64,000 bases of DNA from Hormiphora californensis (taxonomy: Eukaryota; Animalia; Ctenophora): NCBI GenBank assembly GCA_020137815.1, contig CM035352.1:5952001-6016000 (forward strand). Reading direction: 5' to 3'. The notes beneath the pieces are model-generated. The model saw nothing but the letters and a program-made list of their open reading frames with translations, was not told where the DNA came from and made no database searches. Made by a program: the position numbers and the translations under genes. This document shows, piece after piece, positions 1 to 14,066 of the stretch (positions are counted from its first letter, which is position 1; the number at the start of each line of letters is the position of its first letter).

Positions 1-178
1 CATCGACACTCAACTCGCTAGTTTTGAGCAACAATGCACTCATGTTGTTAGAGGATTTTATAACATTTGTTCCTAAAGTTTTCCCAATTTCCCAGCATCT
101 TGACACACAGACACACTTAGCTTTCTATAACTGATTTAGTATAGCTGTATTATAAGCTGCCCTTATAAAGCCCCTCAC

Positions 179-312
179 CTTGTCTGTATTGTGGTGGAGG
201 GACCACCATCATACTCTCCTCAGCCCTCCTAACAAGGTGTCTCTCGAACTCCGAGCTCAGCTGATGGTTTGGTGGTGGTGGGGTGCGACGTGCAAGTTGG
301 TTCGGGGCAGGT
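179..312 (-). CDS. Possible downstream proline-rich exon of the WAVE gene
   Basis: Open frame PAPNQLARRTPPPPNHQLSSEFERHLVRRAEESMMVVPPPQYRQ ends at a G|GTGAG donor. No in-frame acceptor could be resolved. Confidence 0.35.
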
Positions 313-970
313 TACCTGACTAGTCAGAGAGGTAGCTTGAGGGTGAGGTTATGGTATGTTTGGGGTGGCTGAGGGTTGGCAGGGACGATAAGATTGGGTT
401 CGGGCAAATGTTCTACTCGTACAGTATAGGAACGCATCTGAGGGGGAGAGTACAATAAGTGGCGTCACGCATTGTTAGGAGAGGTTCGAATATATCATCA
501 GCATCAATCATCTGCATATTCTGCCAATGCAAGACTTCTCACAACTGGGTTCCCCTGATCACGTACAGTGCCGTGAGGTACGCATGTGAGGGGAAGAGGT
601 GCGGTAAGATACAGCTGCAGCCAATACCTGCTTCAGGCTGGTGTCTCGTGATATTACAATCATATTTGGCACTTCCGTCCTGACTCCTCATGGGGTTGCA
701 CTGAGTTACGTAAGATGGCCGTGGAGTTTTTGGAGGTGCGAGGCAGATGGCTGATAACCCAAGCTCTCTGCTCCTGCATGGGTGCACTGAAAGAGGATTA
801 TAGGTGAGTTGTATATATATGGGGTGAGAGAATGAAGTTACCGTCACAATGCCTGTGACGGTTATTTGGAGGTGATAATTGGTAAAGTTTCTCTGCATGC
901 ATGGGGATGGCACAGACAATGGGATATAGTGTGATATTATATATATGTGTGAAATGAAAATTGTCGGACG

Positions 971-974
971 AGAG

Positions 975-1038
<64 letters not shown>

Positions 1039-1041
1039 CAG

Positions 1042-1098
<57 letters not shown>

Positions 1099-1349
1099 CG
1101 GTGATTGGTGAAGATGAGGTGAGATCGTTATGAAATAAACATTGACGAGAGATGCAATCATGGTCCAGGTGTTAGCAACGATGTGGGAGATATGGAATAG
1201 AAAGAGTGAGAGGCATCTTCAAAAGAGTTTGGTTTTCGTTTCAGTTTTTGTCATTTTTGTTTTCTTGCCGGAGAGTGAAATGTATAATGCTGGATCATTC
1301 TCAAAGCAGGTTAGTTTTTGTATAAGAGGGAGAGAAGGGATGTGAGAGA

Positions 1350-1414
<65 letters not shown>

Positions 1415-1477
1415 GGGAAAGAGAGATAGAGAGACAGGAAGAGAGAGAGAGATAGAGAGACAGGAAGAGAGAGAGAG
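971..1477. repeat. (GA)n microsatellites (similar tracts at ~10440, 11395, 31580, 33040, 34130, 36640, 40060, 54630, 58790, 60240 and 61425)
   Basis: Long dinucleotide runs read directly from the sequence. Confidence 0.97.
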
Positions 1478-2264
1478 TTACAGAATGAATCCCAGGGGAG
1501 CTAGGAACATCTGATAAGAAACATGTGAACCCATACCACTTCATACCCCATACCAAATATTAAGTTTATCATAACGCTTTCCAGTTTCCTAGGTTGTTTA
1601 CCATAACGGTTAATTATTTTTTACACACTGCATACGATTTTCCACTGCATGCAGAGAAACTATCGTTGTATAAGAACCATGCAGCTAGATAGCCGTATGT
1701 TCGTGGTTTATCGCATGTATATTTAATAGATTACCACCACGGTGAAACACCACTGTGTTGCTGCAGTATAGGAATGGGCTACAGCTGTATATCGCAAAAT
1801 TTGCGTGTTGGGGAGGAACTAGGGAGAGAAGTGTGGTTTCAGATTTGATATTGATCCATCGCACTATATTAAGTACGTTGCACAGTGATGAGTGAATGGT
1901 ACAGCTGCTACGTGATATTAATAGTGTGGTCTGAAAGTCAATGTAGCACCTGAAATATGGACGACATGATTAGATTGTGTTGTGAATTAGATGTAGTTGT
2001 GAATTAGATGCAGAAAGCATGGAGAGCACTGATATACAATCGATAACGCTATTATTGTGCACCGGTCTACTAAGTCCTTAGTCACTCCTGTATTAAAATT
2101 GTTGACCTTATAAATCACCTGCCATTTACTATTTACCAAGCCCTTTTTTGTTAGACATTTCTTCATAACCTATTTCCAATTGTATGGACACAAATCAAAA
2201 GAAAACGATTTTCTTACGTTGTATAGATATCAGGAGGAATAAATGCACCAATTGAGCAACTTAC

Positions 2265-3574
2265 CAGTCTCTTCTTGTTAGGTCCCCGCAACACATTTGC
2301 CTCCCTGTTCATGTTGTATAGCCACTGTCGGAAGAACAATGTTGGGTCAGTGTAGAGGGCCAGTCCGTCCCTCCCATCTGATCTCAGTTTAGCAAAAGAG
2401 CCCAGGTCAGGAGGGGGCATACACGCATGATACTTCTCCTTGAGGGCACGGGGTATGAACACATTGAGGATGTGTTGTTCTGGTTTGTCTGGTTTGGGGG
2501 GCGGTACATCACTGATCATAACACCTGGGGAGGAGGGAAACAGTGTGATACAATTGGGAAGGAGGGAAACAGTGTGATACAATTGGGAAGGAGGGAAACA
2601 GTGTGATACAATTGGGAAGGAGGGAAGCAGTGTGATACAATTGGGAAGGAGGGAAACAGTGTGATACAATTGGGAAGGAGGGAAACAGTGTGATACAATT
2701 GGGAACAACATGATACTTCATGGTCCTATGTAAGATAATACTAGATTTGTGGTGCTAACTGCTAAACCACCTGTTTTGTGTCCTACAAAGCAACAAAAAT
2801 CAAGTCTCAAAGAATGTAAGATGAAACCACCTAACCCTAACCATTGTCTTTTTTCATATATACATACATCAGACCCCGATTTACGCTCGGGGAAAGGGCT
2901 TTGCCCGGTAAATCGGGGTGCCCGGTATATCGGGGCCCGGTATATCGGTGTCCGACTGTAATTCTATATTCTAGGTTATAACAATAGGTTTGAACAATAG
3001 CTTATTATAATAGTTGTACCACCGGGCAATTCGCCAGTACTAAGAGGCCAATATTGGTTACCCACCATCTTTACCTTCTGACCCATCCCTGCTATTACAC
3101 ATTGTCTGAGCGAGGGCTGTGATCCTCTCCTCTAGCTTGTTACTCCTGTACAGGTACTTGCTAGCCTCGTTAAACACCTCCCCAAACATCTCATCTGCAT
3201 ACTTTGATATCGCGGATAGCTGCAGAGAGGGAGATATATTAGGCGGTGATAAAGATATGGTGAAGTTCTAAATTATTACATGAACCAATACATAAAAATG
3301 CTATAGCATTGCCATTGCAAACCTATTTATGAACAGAGAATAAAGATTAATGATATGATAAAAAGAGAAGGATGAACTAATTATTATATGGTGTCACATA
3401 CAGTGGTGTCACATCACTAGTTAGAGCATCCCTTATTACCTGTCGTATAATAGAGGTGAGAGCAACAAGCGAGGTGGTTGGTAGACAGTCCCCTCTCGGT
3501 TTACCACCCATCGTCCCCACTGCACCACTCTGATAGACATGGACGGGCTCTACCGATCGCTGGGCTATCGGCAT
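2265..3574 (-). CDS. WASF: WAVE/SCAR family actin nucleation-promoting factor, N-terminal WAVE-homology-domain exons; gene continues leftwards (no WH2/VCA seen)
   Basis: Exons 3574-3440 (MPIAQRSVEPVHV...LTSIIRQ), 3219-3075 (LSAISKYADEMFGEVFNEASKYLYRSNKLEERITAL) and 2524-2265 (...CMPPPDL...RSDGRDGLALYTDPTLFFRQW...NKKRL) join in frame at GT-AG sites. They match the WAVE pattern [23 protein letters not shown]...DGKEGLKFYTNPSYFFDLW. Confidence 0.9.
2525..2705. repeat. 29-bp tandem repeat (~6 copies) forming the 3' end of WAVE intron 2
   Basis: Unit AATTGGGAAGGAGGGAAACAGTGTGATAC. The terminal unit supplies the acceptor TTTCCCTCCTCCCCAG on the minus strand. Confidence 0.95.
2866..2960. mobile_element. 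Tc1/mariner-type MITE (CAGTCGGACCCCGATTTA family), degenerate copy
   Basis: GACCCCGATTTAC...ATCGGTGTCCGACTG-TA; same family as 39711-39881 and 59120-59233. Confidence 0.7.
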
Positions 3575-4209
3575 TTTACGAGCTATAGATATAATTATAC
3601 CATTAGAGCTGTGTTAAACAGTTAGTATTGAAATCTATCTCTGTAGATATATCAAACTATTTAAATAAAATATTATTGGTCGGCTTGTAATTAAATTGGT
3701 CTGCTGGCCTTAGTGACGAGACCTCAGACCAAGTAATTTGTCGAAAGTTTATCAAGTTGAAAACCATTAGCACATGACCGCTGACAGCTTTTAGACCATT
3801 TAGACTCAGTCTCTTGACACTTTATCTATTGACTTTTCAATGATAAAAGGGGGAAATTGCCATATAATGAAGCATTTTAGCATGTCTCAACTAATATGTC
3901 AAGAAGCTTTTAGTGTCATTTAACTTAGTGTCGCGTGGCTTTTTTCTAAAGTATATATAGAGGGAATGGAGTGAAGAAGGCACAAAAGTTTTTTTCATTA
4001 TTTGGTAAGTGCGAGTTTCTATTATGTACTTCCTCACGCTTGAGGGGTATACTTTCAAGCGTAGTTCTGTGAGCTCTTTATTTTGGCGTTGGTGGCACTA
4101 CATTGTACACACTGATTTAGATATCCATGGGATAATATCCACAGTATTGTTTCACTCTATATTTCCAACAGGGGATGGGGATATTGACACTCTGTATTTC
4201 CAACAGGGG
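3575..4209. promoter_or_regulatory. Putative shared bidirectional promoter/5' UTR region between WAVE and the GPCR
   Basis: Divergent start codons are only ~635 bp apart. Inferred from geometry only. Confidence 0.45.
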
Positions 4210-6580
4210 ATGGGGATATTGACGGCATTGATAAATGCAACCGTCATTATCAACTCTACTGGGAATGGAACTGAAGGTGGCCTATCCTGCTGCACAGACG
4301 AAGAGACAGAGGAGCCAGAGGTCATAAACAAAAAGTAAGGAAACAAATATTCTGAATCTTGTTATTGAGAAGGTCGATCGATTTCCTCTGTTTGACGCTA
4401 CACAATTTGACAGTGACAGTGTACACAAAATAACTCTAAATTAAATTGCAGGATTATCTCGGATATAGAGGGATTTGAAAGGGCCTACGTTGGTGAGATT
4501 TATGCAATGTTGGCCACCCTTGGAGCACTAACACTGTTTGCTATTATTGCTAACGGGTTCATTCTATTCATCTTATTCCGACACAGGTACCACCTACTAT
4601 TAGGTTCTATTATACCTTTCAATTTTCTGGATTCTGTACATGGAACAAACCACTACTCTGAATCTACTCAGAATCACTTAACTTTATTTTGAATTTTGAC
4701 ACAATTTCAGTGCTTTACGGAGAATGAAGAATCTTCACTTTTTCATCCTTGTGTCCCTATCTCTGGCGAATGCAGTGGTGTACTACTACTATATTGTCCT
4801 CACTTATTACTCTGATTTTGATATCCTGGAGGTAGTCTGTCGATACTTCTACGGCTGGGGGCTTGAGGTAAAGGTGTAAATCTTAGAAAATCGTGATTAT
4901 ATCAACGTACATTTATACAACCGTTCTCCGTATCTAGGTGATCTACAACCTCTCCCTGACTATGATGCTGGCCATGTGTCTGGAGAGATTGATCTCTGTT
5001 GTAGAGCCCCTCTGGTTCACCACAACTTGGATGGAGGAGAACTACTCTATCTATCTGATTGTGGTGATGGCTCTTCTCGGAGCCCTCCCCTCCATTCTAC
5101 CTCTCATCATTGGATCCGTCACCTACCATCACAGTCGTAAGTATCATTTCAGGCACTTTGAAAATGTGCATGTTTCTACTTGAACAACTACACATTTTAA
5201 TAAGGTTGAAGAGACTGAGCTGGTGGAGTATTGTATATTGTTGTTTCCATTGTTCACACCAGTTCACACTGGTTCACACATTTGTCTTTTGTCAGAACCC
5301 GCCCATTTTACACCTTGTTTATCACCAGGTAAATGGATGTACTGTAGACTGGACGGTACAAAGACTAATCTAATGACATACATTTGGAGCCAGAACTGCA
5401 TCGTCTACTTCCCTGCTATATTTGGGGTGGTTGCAGTTTATATAGCTGTCCAGATGAAGGCCAACCAAGCCCGGAGAATGAGCATGATGTTCCGGGAGGA
5501 GTGCAAAAAGGAACAGGAAATCAGTGAGTGCAATAAGAAGAAATCAATGAGTGCTATAACACATAGAAGGAAGTTGCCTTACTCAAACCTCTGACAACCT
5601 GCACTATAAGCAGGCCATCGCAGGGGATAAAGAATTGGTTTCTAGCTACACAATTGTGTAATATCCCACTCATTTAAGTCACGACAAGAACCTGTTATAA
5701 TAAGGGATGAAAGGAGTTGACTTATAATCGAGTGTGTATTCATTGCAGTGGTGACATCTACACCTAATCGTAGTACCTTCACCAAAAATACAGCCATTGT
5801 TGACAGGTGTAAACAGGTCTCTCTGTTATATCTCTCTCTTTGTATTGCCTATCTTTCTCTCCTCCTTTGTTTCTCCATCTCTTATTTTCCATCACTTACA
5901 CACACTTTCCTCCTGCTAGCACGGAAACTCCAATAAACTCAATACATTTTCAGAAGTTGAAAAGGCTACGGGAATATCAATGGAGAAAATAAGGCAGATA
6001 CTTTTTGACTCAAGAATAACAATTCTTCTCCTCTGCATCTTCCTGACCACGAAACTGCCCATTGCCGTTCTTCAGTATGCACATTACTTTCATATGGTAA
6101 TATGTTACACCTACTTTTCCAATGTCATTACAACTCCCAAACTAACGTTTTTTCTTCAAACCTTCTCTTCAAACCTTCTCTTCAAACCTTATCTTCAAAC
6201 CTTATCTTCAAACCTTATCTTCAAACCTTATCTTCAAACCTTATCTTCAAAACCATACCTTCAACCCTTCTCTTCAAACCTTTTCTTCAAACCTTCTCTT
6301 CAAACCTTCAGTACAACTCACAATGTTCTCTTTTCAGAAGTTGCCGTTCAAAGTTAGGAACTGTGAATTTGTAGGAAACATTTTCCGATTTTTCTTCAGC
6401 GTCCTCACGCCCTTTCTGTTCCCCCTCCTTAATACGACTCTGAAGAACAAGGCACTGGATATGATCTGCAATAGGTTGATGAAAGTGGCGGACCGATCAC
6501 ACAAGAGCACTGCCTTTAGTACCCTGGACAACACCGAGAAGAATGCAACCAAGTCGGGTTATAGCAAGTCTGAAGTATAG
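4210..6580 (+). CDS. Class A (rhodopsin-like) GPCR, multi-exon, with non-canonical motifs
   Basis: Exons 4210-4334 (NAT/NST/NGT sequons), 4452-4586 (TM1, IIANG), 4711-4867 (TM2 SLSLAN; TM3 Cys), 4938-5136 (CLERLISVVEP; TM4), 5329-~5550 (ECL2 Cys; TM5 YFP...Y), ~5954-6096 (TM6 FLTTKLP), 6338-6580 (TM7 SVLTPFLF, helix 8). ICL3 splicing is uncertain. Confidence 0.85.
6150..6310. repeat. 13-14 bp tandem repeat in the last GPCR intron
   Basis: (TTCAAACCTTMTC)n, about 11-12 copies. Confidence 0.9.
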
Positions 6581-7115
6581 AGTGAATGAGCTGGTTTCAA
6601 AACTGCCGAGGTATTGCATTGTAGAGACTCATGAGTGCACAGTATGCGTGTTTATTTGTTTTTAAGGCCCATCTACGGAGTGAATTAGAACATATAGTGC
6701 TGTGATAAAATATATATCCTGATTTTAGAAACATTCGGAACTTTAGTCAGGATATATCGGGCCCTCATTTTTTTTGTATGCCTCTGAGTTGTACTCAATG
6801 ATTTACATCAATTCGCAATCTTTAAAATAATGTGTTTCTCTTTTTTAGAGCCACAGTTCGGGGTGCCTTCCACTGGTTGGATTACCTAGTCAAACCACCG
6901 TCAAAGCAAGATTTTAAATATTCTGTTTAGGGGCGACATTGGTTGTTGGTCCGTATCGAGACTTGAACTCATCCCTAAACAGAGATTTCTGTATGCGAAA
7001 TTAGTGAGTTTAAGACCACTGTAACACTGATGACCTATCAACCGGAAACCCCTATGCAGATAATTGGCAACCGCTGCTGGCCCCCGGGATAAGGCAGCGC
7101 TTTTCAATGCAGATA

Positions 7116-7995
7116 CAGGCCCACGAAACCGGGGGAGGGGGGGGGGGGTAAGGGGGGCATGGCCCCCTGGGATTTACCAAAATTTAAAATTTTGTCAATA
7201 TATTTTGTAGAGGATGTGAGTGCCAATATTTTTACTCTCAAGTCTCAACTTGAGAGTCTCAAGTCTTCATAAACTTCATAAAACTTCATAAATAACTTCA
7301 ATGAAAAACACAAGGCTTCAGTATCCTTTAACACATCCCCCTCTCAGCTCTCACTTCCAGCACCCAATCCAGGATTGAATAGGTATTCTGAAAAGGATAC
7401 CCAATGACTCGCAGCTTAAACAGCGAAGGAGTCGAAGAACTTAGTTTTTACTGTCGGACTTAAAAATGCCTAAAATGCATGAAAGCTTGATAAAATTCTC
7501 AAGTTTTTCGGGGGCTTCGCCCCCTACAAGATATAAAGCTGCTACGTAAATAGAATGTTGCTGGACAGTCAAATTATTTCTCTCAAGATGGACTTCTAAA
7601 TGCCTAAAATGAGTAAAAATCGGTCAAAAGACTCGAATTTTTCCAGGAGCTACGCCCCCTAGACCCCCACCAGGGGCTTTGCCCCTGGACTCTGTTGGGG
7701 GAGGAAAACGTTAAAATCTGGGTGCCTTCCATTGCTTACAATTCGTAGTTTTGGCGCGCGCGACGGGTAAGGGCTATCCGTTAGGGTCTGGTTAGGGTTT
7801 GGTTTGGGGTTATCGGTTAGGGCTATCGATTCTCTAACAGATACCGTTTAGTTTACTCAAATTGGCCATGTGGTTGCGTGGCTATAGCCGTTTGAAAAAA
7901 GTCGGTCTAAGTGTACTCTTTTGGTAGCGCGCACCTGTAAACAGGCTGCAAGGCACCCAGATTATAATCGCGCCCGTTGGGGGACGTGGGCCCTG
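7116..7995. mobile_element. hAT-like non-autonomous element, copy A (second copy 16036-16917)
   Basis: Termini CAGGCCCACG...CGTGGGCCCTG with a G-tract and GGGGCTTCGCCCC hairpins. The body is nearly identical to 16060-16917. No clear TSD. Confidence 0.6.
7703..7975. mobile_element. Mutator-like MITE with telomere-like GGTTAGGG motifs (other copies 16625-16897 and 17350-17601)
   Basis: Imperfect 26-bp TIRs (GGAAAACGTTAAAATCTGGGTGCCTT / AAGGCACCCAGATTATAATCGCGCCC) and a 9-bp TSD GTTGGGGGA on both sides. Confidence 0.8.
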
Positions 7996-8001
7996 CAAAT
8001 A

Positions 8002-8229
8002 AAGGTCCCCCCAAACTACTATGTCCCTCACTCGGGTTTTGTGAAATTTCCCACGGTCATAACTCCAGTCCCTGATGAGATAGAGACTTGAAATTTGTTT
8101 TGTACGAAGAACTTGATATGATCTCCCTACAAAACAAATTTCAAGTCTCTATCTTATCAGGGGGTGGAGCTATGGCCGTCTAAAATCCGGTCGCGCGCAG
8201 CAAGGGACATAGTAGTTTGGGGGGACCTT
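8002..8229. mobile_element. MITE inserted at a TA site
   Basis: TIRs AAGGTCCCCCCAAACTACTATGTCCCT and an internal hairpin. The empty site CAAATAACAGATA is seen at 16918-16930. Confidence 0.9.
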
Positions 8230-8392
8230 TAACAGATAACAGAGACAAAGAAAATTAAATTTTTGAAAGTTTAAAATCTCTCAAACTTTTTAGTGGAAGC
8301 TCTTACGGTAATTCCCACGACCCGTGGGAAAGTTTTTGACCGTGGGAAAGTTTTCAAACCGTGGGAAAAGAGAGATACATACAATAACGTTA

Positions 8393-12114
<3,722 letters not shown>

Positions 12115-12596
12115 TTAAAAAATAATTATTTTTTTAATGTTATTGTATGTATCTCTCTTTTCCCACGGCTCGAAAATTTTCCCACGGTCAAAAACTTTCC
12201 CACGGGGCGTGGGAAATACCGTAAGAGCTTCCACTATTTTTATTTTTCAATATAATAATAATCTATTTTAGCATGCGCGCAAATCAGTTTGTAACGCGCG
12301 TCAAAATCCTCAAATAAATTGCACTTCGCGCGCGAGCAAAATACCAAAATCGAGTGCGGCATCACTGTTGCAGAGTTGACACGGAAAACGTGCCTTTCAT
12401 TGTTGGCATACGTTGCAGGCCCCTTATAATATAATATAAGGGGCCTGGAGGGAAGTTTCAAACTTTCATCAACTACAACGTAAAACTATTTATTGAGGTG
12501 TATGTCAATAAAGTTACGGTGGACGTGAGGAAGCCGTTACGAGACACCTCGATAATTTACGAAGAAGTGATAACAGAAAAGTCCCCAGTCTTGATA

Positions 12597-14066
12597 ATGT
12601 CAGATAGACAACTGCGATCCAGTTCAACCATCAAAAACGGTACTGTAACAACATCGCCCCATCACACACCCGTACGTGAACCCAAAGACCCCAACGTACC
12701 CCCCAACATGCTCCCGAACACCTTGACTGCTAAAAATCTATTCTCCTCCACCCCCCGCCCGAATGAACCCTTTTACGACCAACTCAAAACTCCCCATCAT
12801 CTGATAACAACGTCAAAGTGCTGTCCATGTGGGAATGACTCCAATATGAATGGTGTTATGCAATGTTCTCATTGTAGAGTGCAATATCATACCGAGTGTG
12901 TAGGGCTCAAATTCCTGACAACTGCCCTAAATATGCTGCCTAACCCCGATGGTGTGTTCAACACCCCTGACTGGAGTTGTCCTACTTGCGTTGTTACTGC
13001 ACAATTGCTAACTCCCGGCAGCCCACTGTTCAACGCTATTGCTGAGAAAGCAGCACAAATGGTCATGTCTGGCCCAAAGCATATCCCAGACACCTCTGTC
13101 CTCGCTCCCAAATCTGCTCTAGACCAGTCTGAATCTGATCAATATGTACTTGACCAATCAAATGAGAAAACAATAGCGCACGTCACAACGTCCACTTTCC
13201 AAGAACCATGGACCACTATGGTACAAAAAGTTCCTGCACAGCGCACCACGTATCGTCGAAACGTAGCCCCACAGCCTGTCCCCATCTCTTCGAGCAATAG
13301 TTCAACCCCTGAACAATCCAAACCACGTGAGAAATCACACAAGTTGAAAATCTCGTGTGGAACAAACAACCCGGAAACAATCTCCAAGGTCCTTAGCGGT
13401 TGTCTTTCTGAAACACCTATGCTGTTCATGGACACCAAGAGTTCTGCGGCAGAAATCAGAGTTGGCTTTCCCGAATCGACTGACATAGAATCAGTACAGA
13501 AACTAGTCTCTGATGCGATTCCTACTGATGTTAGTGTATCTAAGATATCAGACACTGCTAAAGTTACAATTCTCAATGTACCCGAAAATATTGACTCCCT
13601 ATCAAACGATGAGGCAAAGGATAAAGTGCTGACCATGCTTCGACACAAAAATCCGTGGCTTAAGTCCCAGGAGGCTACTGTTGTGTATATCAAGAGTCAT
13701 TACCAGAACAAAGAGAAGTGTACTGTTGGCCTACGGCTACCAATTCCTGCACAGCAAAAGCTCCTCGAAACAGGGAAAGTGTACTATGCCACGTCTCGGC
13801 TTAACGTTGTGGAAAGATTCCACGTACCACAGTGTATCAAATGCCAAAGATACAAGCACCAGGCAAATGACTGTACCAGCTCTGTCCATGTCTGCATGCT
13901 CTGTGGAGATGACCATGATATAAAACAATGTACCAACCGCGAGAAGAGATTTTGCATCAACTGCAGTACGTCTGACACGTTTAAATCGCACGCCAATCTT
14001 CACCACAGTGGAGACAGACTGTGCCCTCTCCGCCTACAGTTGATTAAAGAACAGTCAAAAAACTAG
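12597..14066 (+). CDS. LINE ORF1 (PHD finger + three CCHC-type zinc knuckles)
   Basis: CPC...MQCSHCRVQYHTECV...WSCPTC; QCIKCQRYKHQANDC, CMLCGDDHDIKQC, CINC...H...C; ends SKN*. The first ATG is at 12597; the ORF track starts at an upstream GTG. Confidence 0.85.
   Translation: MSDRQLRSSSTIKNGTVTTSPHHTPVREPKDPNVPPNMLPNTLTAKNLFSSTPRPNEPFYDQLKTPHHLITTSKCCPCGNDSNMNGVMQCSHCRVQYHTECVGLKFLTTALNMLPNPDGVFNTPDWSCPTCVVTAQLLTPGSPLFNAIAEKAAQMVMSGPKHIPDTSVLAPKSALDQSESDQYVLDQSNEKTIAHVTTSTFQEPWTTMVQKVPAQRTTYRRNVAPQPVPISSSNSSTPEQSKPREKSHKLKISCGTNNPETISKVLSGCLSETPMLFMDTKSSAAEIRVGFPESTDIESVQKLVSDAIPTDVSVSKISDTAKVTILNVPENIDSLSNDEAKDKVLTMLRHKNPWLKSQEATVVYIKSHYQNKEKCTVGLRLPIPAQQKLLETGKVYYATSRLNVVERFHVPQCIKCQRYKHQANDCTSSVHVCMLCGDDHDIKQCTNREKRFCINCSTSDTFKSHANLHHSGDRLCPLRLQLIKEQSKN

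Noticed and set aside
937-1556. RERE/SLSL ORFs here and at other microsatellites
   Set aside because: Simple translations of dinucleotide repeats.
6338-6440. GPCR as an opsin
   Set aside because: Position 7.43 (retinal-binding Lys) is Phe when counted from the TM7 proline.
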